Assembly (NCBI GenBank): GCA_049318585.1 | Contig: JBMOGB010000002.1 | Span: 10,560 to 74,559, forward strand | DNA length: 64,000 nt | From: Bacteroidia bacterium | Lineage (GTDB): Bacteria > Bacteroidota > Bacteroidia > UKL13-3 | Direction: 5' to 3' | Shown: piece by piece, positions 47,074 through 53,432 of the stretch | Layout: each line of letters begins with the position of its first letter | Position numbering within the stretch: the stretch's first letter is position 1 | Made by a program: the position numbers and the translations under genes | The notes under the pieces: model-generated | The model's database searches: none | What the model was told of the DNA's origin: nothing | What the model saw: the letters and a program-made list of their open reading frames with translations, nothing else

Positions 47074-48603
47074 ATGTGGGAGACTATAAAAATCAATTTT
47101 GGTAAATACTTTAAAGTTGGAACAGAAAATTTCAATCAATCTATTTTTCTGCTAATTATTGTGTTTTCTATTGCGTTACGGTTTTTGCATTTTGGAGAAA
47201 TAATTGATGATCCGCATGGTTGGCGACAATGCGATACTGCCAATTATATTTGGGATTATTATAAAAATGGTGTTGATTTTTTACATCCAGCTGTTTGTTG
47301 GATGGGAGGATATAAAACGCTTATTTTAGAGTTTCCATTAACCGAAGCTATTGTGGCTTGGCTTTACCAAATTTTTGGTCCAAGTATCTCCATTGCACGT
47401 TTGTTTTTTTTGTTTTTTTACAGTTTAGGAGTTTATTATTTTTATAAAAGTTGTTTATTATTTCTTCCTAAGAAAACAACCCTATTTTCAACAATAATTT
47501 ATACTTTTTTACCCTTATCTTATTATTATTCTCGGGCATTACACATCGATTTTTTTGCACTTTCATTTGCTTTTGGTATGTTTTATTTTTATACCGTTGG
47601 TATACAATTGCAAAGCACAAAAAAAATAGTAATAGGAAGTTTGTTTGCAACAGTGGCTTTTTTGGTAAAAGCACCTTATGCTGTATCATTTTGCTTGCCA
47701 ATTGTATTTATAATAACCAAAGAAAAAAAATGGTTTTTTTGCCTAAAATGGGCAGTATTATTTATATTTCCAGTAGTAATATTTGCTTGGTGGATTATTA
47801 AATCAAAGCACATAAATGCAATGGCACCCGATTGGCAATTTATTCCCGGTTACCGCAAATTTGATGACAATAACAGATGGTATTTTGGATTGTTTGAACA
47901 TCGGTTTATATGGAGAAGTTGGCAAACGCTTTTTGATAGACTAATGACCGATATGACTTCCGGATTTATTGGTGCTGGTTTATTTATTGTAGGAATTTTT
48001 GCTGCTTTCAAACAAAAATATATAATACTTTGGGTGTGGTTTTTAGGTGTCATTTTATACTTGCTTGTGTTTTTCAATCTCAATGTAATCCATAACTATT
48101 ATCAAATTCCTTTTGTTCCATTATTTGCCATTTTTATGGCTATTGGAATTGAATTTTTGGATAACTTTTTCAAATTTAAAAGTTCCTATATTTCAATAAA
48201 ACTATTTTTACTAATTGCAATAATTATTAGTTCAGTCATTTACTCCGAAAGCAATTTTTTTAAACACGAAGTAATTTATGAAAATATTGCAAAATGTATT
48301 GAAGACAATACGCAAGAAGATGATTTGATCATTGTTTCTTGCGGTGGATTATCGGTTCATTGTCCTATAATTTTGCATAGAGCAAAACGAAATGGTTGGT
48401 CGATACCAGTTAATGATTTAAATGAAAAAATAGCAACAAATTTAGTAAAGGAAAATTGTAAGTACATTGCATTTGTAGCGTATGAACTACCGTTAAATGA
48501 GTTTGGTAATTTTTTAAAACTATACCCAATAAAAGATATTCTACTTCAAAAGGGTCAACACCTTTTTTTAATAGATTTGAGCCGTAAAAACGAAATACAA
48601 TAA
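47074..48603 (+). CDS. GT-C fold glycosyltransferase (family 39/83-like, ArnT/PMT-type membrane protein)
   Basis: 509 aa; more than 10 TM segments; early periplasmic-loop acidic motif (EIIDDPHGWRQCD); soluble C-terminal domain. Confidence 0.7.
   Translation: MWETIKINFGKYFKVGTENFNQSIFLLIIVFSIALRFLHFGEIIDDPHGWRQCDTANYIWDYYKNGVDFLHPAVCWMGGYKTLILEFPLTEAIVAWLYQIFGPSISIARLFFLFFYSLGVYYFYKSCLLFLPKKTTLFSTIIYTFLPLSYYYSRALHIDFFALSFAFGMFYFYTVGIQLQSTKKIVIGSLFATVAFLVKAPYAVSFCLPIVFIITKEKKWFFCLKWAVLFIFPVVIFAWWIIKSKHINAMAPDWQFIPGYRKFDDNNRWYFGLFEHRFIWRSWQTLFDRLMTDMTSGFIGAGLFIVGIFAAFKQKYIILWVWFLGVILYLLVFFNLNVIHNYYQIPFVPLFAIFMAIGIEFLDNFFKFKSSYISIKLFLLIAIIISSVIYSESNFFKHEVIYENIAKCIEDNTQEDDLIIVSCGGLSVHCPIILHRAKRNGWSIPVNDLNEKIATNLVKENCKYIAFVAYELPLNEFGNFLKLYPIKDILLQKGQHLFLIDLSRKNEIQ
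48565..48603 (+). repeat. left copy of the 39-bp direct repeat (attL-like)
   Basis: TTTTTAATAGATTTGAGCCGTAAAAACGAAATACAATAA; 36/39 identical to 53345-53383; encodes the real C-terminus LIDLSRKNEIQ-stop. Confidence 0.85.
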
Positions 48604-48695
48604 ATGGTATAATTTTTTGACTTGTTAAATATGTTAAATTAAACATATTTGCCAACTAGGACAGCTTAAATAATAGTTTGCCAAGACTCAAAAAT

Positions 48696-48863
48696 ATATT
48701 TCAATAGGTTACAAATTAGTTTCCATAGGATTCGAATATATTTCCATAGATTAAAAATAAGCTTCCATAGGATTCGTAAGTATTTTGATTGGTTACAAAT
48801 ATACTTCCATAGGCTGCAAATTAACTTCGATAGGATGCTAATGTATTTCTATATTCCAACGGT
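48696..48863. repeat. 8 x 21-bp phased tandem repeat (iteron-like)
   Basis: ATAGG-type cores at 48704, 48725, 48746, 48767, 48788, 48809, 48830 and 48851 (exact 21-bp steps). Approximate consensus nTAnTTCCATAGGATTCnAAT. Confidence 0.85.
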
Positions 48864-48945
48864 TATAAATCAACTATAAAAGGCTTTAAACTTTGTGAAT
48901 AAACTTGTTAATAAAAAAACAATCAATAAAACTTGATTATTAGGA

Positions 48946-49000
48946 ATTGGACAATTATTTTTGGACAAAATTATTCCAAAAAATACAATCCATTACTTTT
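48946..49000 (+). promoter_or_regulatory. candidate operator plus Bacteroidota -7 box for the R-M operon
   Basis: Direct TTGGACAA repeats at 48946-48953 and 48960-48967. TACTTTTG (TAnnTTTG) at 48993-49000, 20 bp before ATG 49021. Confidence 0.35.
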
Positions 49001-49020
49001 GAGTTTAAATAAAAATTCTT

Positions 49021-49317
49021 ATGATGAAACAGATAAATAATTTAAATGATGTAGAAGCATTTGCCAAGCAAATTATTAACGAAGGTGTAAGTTTTCACCC
49101 AGATGATGATTTCAATGATTACGTTGTTTTAAAAACAAATAATCCTTGTTATATTAAACTGGAAGCAGACGATAGAAACGAGTTAATGAATCAATGTTTT
49201 GAAGTCTGTGAAAAAAACAATGTAGATATTTATGATTTTATGAATGAAGTTTTTTTAAAAGAAACAAATTTGGAGAAATTCATTCCTTTACCCTCTTCTA
49301 TTACAAACGAAAAATGA
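49021..49317 (+). CDS. hypothetical acidic 98-aa protein, first gene of the R-M operon
   Basis: ORF with ATGA overlap to the next gene; no family recognised. Confidence 0.55.
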   Translation: MMKQINNLNDVEAFAKQIINEGVSFHPDDDFNDYVVLKTNNPCYIKLEADDRNELMNQCFEVCEKNNVDIYDFMNEVFLKETNLEKFIPLPSSITNEK

Positions 49318-49634
49318 AAATCAAAATAGCTCAAACGACTGGTGAACTCATACGTAAATTACGTGAAGAGAAGGAATTGCCGCTGAGAAAAATTGCTGCA
49401 CTACTTGACATTGATACATCTTTTTTTAGCAAGATAGAACGTAGCGAACGCAAAGCGACCAAAGAACAAATTCATAAATTAGAGGAAATTTTTGAAGTAG
49501 AGAAAGATGCTTTAATGATTCCATATTTAAGTGAAAAAATTTACTTTGAGCTTTCAGAAGAAGATTGTGCAACCGAAGTTTTAAAAGTTGCAGAGGAACG
49601 TGTTAAATACGAAAAAAGTAAAAGTAAAAAATAA
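49314..49634 (+). CDS. XRE-family helix-turn-helix regulator (candidate R-M controller)
   Basis: GELIRKLREEKELPLRKIAALLDIDTSFFSKIERSERK HTH; 106 aa; ends 2 nt before the first methyltransferase. Confidence 0.8.
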   Translation: MKIKIAQTTGELIRKLREEKELPLRKIAALLDIDTSFFSKIERSERKATKEQIHKLEEIFEVEKDALMIPYLSEKIYFELSEEDCATEVLKVAEERVKYEKSKSKK

Positions 49635-49636
49635 AT

Positions 49637-50710
49637 ATGGCAAACAAACAGCTAAAAGTTATTGACCTATTTTCTGGTTGCGGTGGATTCTCCTTCGGGT
49701 TTGAATCTGCTGGTTTCCATGTTGTGTTAGGAGTAGATAATGATAAAGCAGCTTTAGAAACCTTCAAAGCAAATCACAATAATTCAAAAATCCTTTTAGC
49801 TGACTTGCATCAAGACAAAGCAATTGACGACATAGTAAACGAAGTGAACGGACATAAAATAGATGTAATAATTGCTGGACCTCCTTGTCAAGGTTTTTCA
49901 TTGACAGGTGCAAGACAACACAATGATGAAAGAAACAAATTATTTTATTCCGTTTTCAGACTTGCAGAAAGAGTAAAACCAAGCGCTATAATTATTGAAA
50001 ATGTGCCAGGACTTGCAACATTATATAACGGGCAAGCAAAAGCAGCAATACTAGAAGAATTTGAAAAATTAGGCTTCACAAGTAACTTTAAAGTTTTATA
50101 CGCACCCGACTATGAAGTTCCACAAATTCGTAAACGAATATTTTTTGTAGGACTAAAATCTAAACTTGGAAAGTTTGAATTTCCAAAAGAAGTTCTAACA
50201 GTAGATAATTACAATACAACATCAATAGCAATTTCTGACTTGCCAACATTGGTTAACGGTTTTGGGCAAGAAAAAGATGAATACGATAAGCCGCCACAAA
50301 CAGCTTATCAAAAGAAAATGCGAAATGGCTCAAAAGTTTTGTTTAACCATGTGGCTACAAAACACACCGACCACGTAATAAATGTTATTTCACAAGTTCC
50401 TGATGGTGGCAACCACAAAGACTTACCTAAAGGGGTTGGGGATAGTAGAACATTTAATGAAGCTTGGACAAGATACAACAGTAATAAGCCATCAAAGACA
50501 ATTGATACTGGACATCGCAATCATTTTCATTACAAATTAAATCGTGTGCCAACTGTTAGAGAAAATGCAAGACTTCAATCATTTCCTGATAGCTTTGTGT
50601 TTTTTGGAAACAGAACTCAACAAAATAAACAAGTTGGAAACGCTGTGCCACCATTATTAGGATTTCACGTTGCTAAAAAACTTTCAACCTACTTAACTAA
50701 AAAGCTATGA
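49637..50710 (+). CDS. DNA (cytosine-5)-methyltransferase 1
   Basis: Motifs I FSGCGGFS, IV GPPCQGFS, VI ENVPGL, VIII QIRKRIFF, IX TVRENARLQSFPD, X GNAVPP. Confidence 0.93.
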   Translation: MANKQLKVIDLFSGCGGFSFGFESAGFHVVLGVDNDKAALETFKANHNNSKILLADLHQDKAIDDIVNEVNGHKIDVIIAGPPCQGFSLTGARQHNDERNKLFYSVFRLAERVKPSAIIIENVPGLATLYNGQAKAAILEEFEKLGFTSNFKVLYAPDYEVPQIRKRIFFVGLKSKLGKFEFPKEVLTVDNYNTTSIAISDLPTLVNGFGQEKDEYDKPPQTAYQKKMRNGSKVLFNHVATKHTDHVINVISQVPDGGNHKDLPKGVGDSRTFNEAWTRYNSNKPSKTIDTGHRNHFHYKLNRVPTVRENARLQSFPDSFVFFGNRTQQNKQVGNAVPPLLGFHVAKKLSTYLTKKL

Positions 50711-51942
50711 CTGAAAAAATAAAACTGATTGATTTGTTTGCAGGTTGTGGTGGCCTTTCTGACGGATTTGAGCAAACGCATATGTATGATACTCTTGCTT
50801 GCGTAGAATGGGAAAAAGAACCTTGTAAAACATTAGCAAAGCGTTTGAAAGACAAATGGAATTATAAAAACACTTACGAAACTGTATTTCACTTTGACAT
50901 TCAACGAACGGAAGAACTAATAAATGGTTGGAGTAATGACCCAACCTACGGAGCAAGTGAAGGCATCAATTCCATTGTACAAAAGCACAAAGGAATTGAT
51001 GTATTAATTGGTGGTCCGCCTTGCCAAGCATATTCCATAGCAGGCAGAATTCGTGACGAAAATGGAATGAATGACGATTATAGAAACTTTCTTTTTGAAA
51101 GTTATTTGAAAGTAGTAAATCACTTTCAACCTAAAGCATTCATCTTTGAAAATGTTCCTGGGCTTTTGAGTGCAAAGCCAGGAGGTATATCAATTGTTGA
51201 AAGAATTACAGAAGCTTTTGCAGAGAAAGGATATGAAATAACAAATGATTTAAGGGGAAATGCCTTAATTGATTGCACGAAATTTGGAGTTCCGCAAGCC
51301 CGTAAAAGAATGGTGATTTTAGGAGTTAATAAAAATTTGATAAAAGAAGCCCCTGCTGTTGCTTTACACGATTTCTATAAGTTCATCTTTCCAAAATACC
51401 AAACAAAAAACGTATCCACAGTGAAAGATGCAATTGATGATTTACCTAAATGGCATCCATTAAAAGAACCAATAAAAGTCAGCAACAGAAAATTCTCTCA
51501 TTCATACAGTGCTTGCAAAATTGCAAATCACGAACCAAGAATGCACAGCAAAAGAGATATTGAAACTTTTGAATTGCTAACAACAGATATTGAAAGCGGA
51601 CAAAACAAATTTGCAACTGTTGAATCTTTAAAAGATTTGTATTTTGAAATTACTGGTAAAAATTCAAATATTCATAAATATCACGTTCTAAAGTGGAACA
51701 AACCAAGTAACACAATTCCTGCTCACTTATATAAAGACGGCTTACGACATATTCACCCTGACCCAAAGCAATCAAGAACTATTACAGTAAGAGAAGCTGC
51801 AAGACTTCAATCTTTTGATGATGATTTTGTTTTTACCGGCAGTTTAACCGACCAATATAAAATGGTTGGAAATGCAGTACCACCTAAATTTGCTAAAGCA
51901 ATTGCATTAGCTTTAAATGACTTTTTAAAAAAATATTTCTAA
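50707..51942 (+). CDS. DNA (cytosine-5)-methyltransferase 2
   Basis: Motifs I FAGCGGLS, IV GPPCQAYS, VI ENVPGL, VIII QARKRMVIL, IX TVREAARLQSFDD, X GNAVPP; ATGA overlap with M1. Confidence 0.93.
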   Translation: MTEKIKLIDLFAGCGGLSDGFEQTHMYDTLACVEWEKEPCKTLAKRLKDKWNYKNTYETVFHFDIQRTEELINGWSNDPTYGASEGINSIVQKHKGIDVLIGGPPCQAYSIAGRIRDENGMNDDYRNFLFESYLKVVNHFQPKAFIFENVPGLLSAKPGGISIVERITEAFAEKGYEITNDLRGNALIDCTKFGVPQARKRMVILGVNKNLIKEAPAVALHDFYKFIFPKYQTKNVSTVKDAIDDLPKWHPLKEPIKVSNRKFSHSYSACKIANHEPRMHSKRDIETFELLTTDIESGQNKFATVESLKDLYFEITGKNSNIHKYHVLKWNKPSNTIPAHLYKDGLRHIHPDPKQSRTITVREAARLQSFDDDFVFTGSLTDQYKMVGNAVPPKFAKAIALALNDFLKKYF

Positions 51943-52881
51943 ATGTTACACTACAAAAATCTACACAAGTTATTTTTTGAATCGTTTCCTAATAAGGCGA
52001 CAAATTTCATTGCATTAAGCGGTTTTGTTGGTTTAGAGCCAATAAAAAACTTGGGAGACCTTCCGTTTGAAAGTAAAATCATTTATGGACTTCAAAAAGA
52101 AAATCAAAAACTTTTGCTTCATCAACAATTGGTTGGATTACATAATGAAAATCGAAAAATTTATTATCCTGACATCGCTTGTCATTCAAAATGTTACTTG
52201 TGGTTACAAGGACAAACGCCAATTAAAGGCTTGATTGGTTCTGCAAATTTTTCTTCTAATGGACTTCAAAACGATTACAGAGAAACTTTGTTGGAGGTTG
52301 ACCAAAACCAACTCTATGTATTGAAAGGTTACATTGAAATAATTTTAAACTCAGCAAAAGAATGTAACACGGTTGAAGTTGTTGAAGCACCTGAATTATC
52401 ATTAGCATACAACAAAGAAATTTGTGATATGATTTTGTACGACCCTCAAACTGGACAGACTCAAAATGGTCATGGTTTAAATTGGGGTTTTGCAGACGCA
52501 AATGTTAGACCTAATGATGCTTGTATTCCAATTAGAACTGAACACATAAGAAAATACCCAAAACTTTTCCCGCCTCTTCAACCTGACCCCGAAACAAGAA
52601 AAGGAACTTTAAAAGAAGTTATTGAATTTGTTTGGGATGATGGGTTGGTTATGCAAGGAAGGTTAGAAGGTTCTCAACCGCTTCCAAATAATGACTTAAA
52701 ATTCCCTAAGCAGATAGCTTCATTTCCCCACAAAGACGAATTAGGAATATACATAAGAGAAAGGTTAGGTATTCCTTTAGGACAAAGAGTTTTAAGAGAG
52801 GATTTAGTGAATTACGGACGCGACACAATATCAGTTTCGTTAATGGAGGAAGGTGTTTACTTTTTTGACTTCTCTGTTTAA
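51943..52881 (+). CDS. PLD-superfamily (single HKD) restriction endonuclease, NgoFVII/BfiI-like
   Basis: ACHSKCYLW...GLIGSANFSSNG (HxK...GSxN). The C-terminal half (GHGLNWGF..IPIR..) resembles the B3-like DNA-binding domain of this family. Start abuts the M2 stop. Confidence 0.72.
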   Translation: MLHYKNLHKLFFESFPNKATNFIALSGFVGLEPIKNLGDLPFESKIIYGLQKENQKLLLHQQLVGLHNENRKIYYPDIACHSKCYLWLQGQTPIKGLIGSANFSSNGLQNDYRETLLEVDQNQLYVLKGYIEIILNSAKECNTVEVVEAPELSLAYNKEICDMILYDPQTGQTQNGHGLNWGFADANVRPNDACIPIRTEHIRKYPKLFPPLQPDPETRKGTLKEVIEFVWDDGLVMQGRLEGSQPLPNNDLKFPKQIASFPHKDELGIYIRERLGIPLGQRVLREDLVNYGRDTISVSLMEEGVYFFDFSV

Positions 52882-52974
52882 TTTCAACTAATTTGCAAGC
52901 ACATTTTAGTTTTTCTCAAGCACATAATTCGAATTTGGGTAGCTAGTACGGACACCAATTTCAGGCAAGTAATA

Positions 52975-53007
52975 AAACAAAAAAGCCAACTGACGTTGGC
53001 TTTTTTG
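52975..53007. terminator. bidirectional terminator
   Basis: AAAAAAGCCAAC-tgac-GTTGGCTTTTTT between the nuclease gene and the minus-strand remnant. Confidence 0.75.
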
Positions 53008-53015
53008 TTTTATTA

Positions 53016-53344
53016 CTTTTTAGGTGTTTCTGTTTTAGGTGGTTTAACTGATGTAACTTTTTCGGCACTTATTGCTTTTGAAATTTTGCTAAAAATAAAT
53101 TGTTCTTTTAAAGTAGGATTGTCTTTACAAAACTTAGCAGCTATTTGGGCTACTCCAATTACTTCTTCGTACAAATTATTGAACTCGGCTATATAATTGG
53201 TAGTAGTAGTTTTTTTAACATTTTTTGCTGTTTCTTGGCTTACGTTTGTGTTTTTTTCTGTATCGGCATAGCCTAAAATTGCAGTAATTGTAGCCTTATT
53301 TATCTTGGTGCTTATTTCGGTTTCTAAAGGTTTATCTAAATTGG
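53016..53344 (-). pseudogene. start-less C-terminal remnant of an unknown gene
   Basis: Hand translation: about 110 open codons (...KPLETEISTKINKATITAILGYADTEKNTNVSQETAKNVKKTTTTNYIAEFNNLYEEVIGVAQIAAKFCKDNPTLKEQFIFSKISKAISAEKVTSVKPPKTETPKK-stop). No in-frame ATG or GTG; upstream the frame runs into the right direct repeat. Confidence 0.45.
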
Positions 53345-53383
53345 TTTTTAATTGATTTGAGCAATAAAAACGAAATACAATAA
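53345..53383 (+). repeat. right copy of the 39-bp direct repeat (attR-like)
   Basis: TTTTTAATTGATTTGAGCAATAAAAACGAAATACAATAA; would read LIDLSNKNEIQ-stop. Confidence 0.85.
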
Positions 53384-53432
53384 GTAACTCCTATTTTTAC
53401 AAATAAGTATATATTTGATTTTTTTTTCACTT

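Larger units (their letters stand above)
48565..53383. mobile_element. integrated, apparently immobilised restriction-modification island
   Basis: Bracketed by direct repeats 4780 bp apart. Cargo is an R-M operon, a 21-bp repeat array and a gene remnant. No integrase or transposase ORF. Confidence 0.6.

Noticed and set aside
48696-48863. Possible CRISPR array
   Set aside because: The units are contiguous 21-mers with no spacers, the copies are degenerate, and there are no cas genes. It is a tandem repeat, not CRISPR.
52996-53196. 66-aa plus-strand ORF after the nuclease gene
   Set aside because: It starts inside the terminator hairpin, and the opposite strand carries a longer, more protein-like open frame (the remnant).
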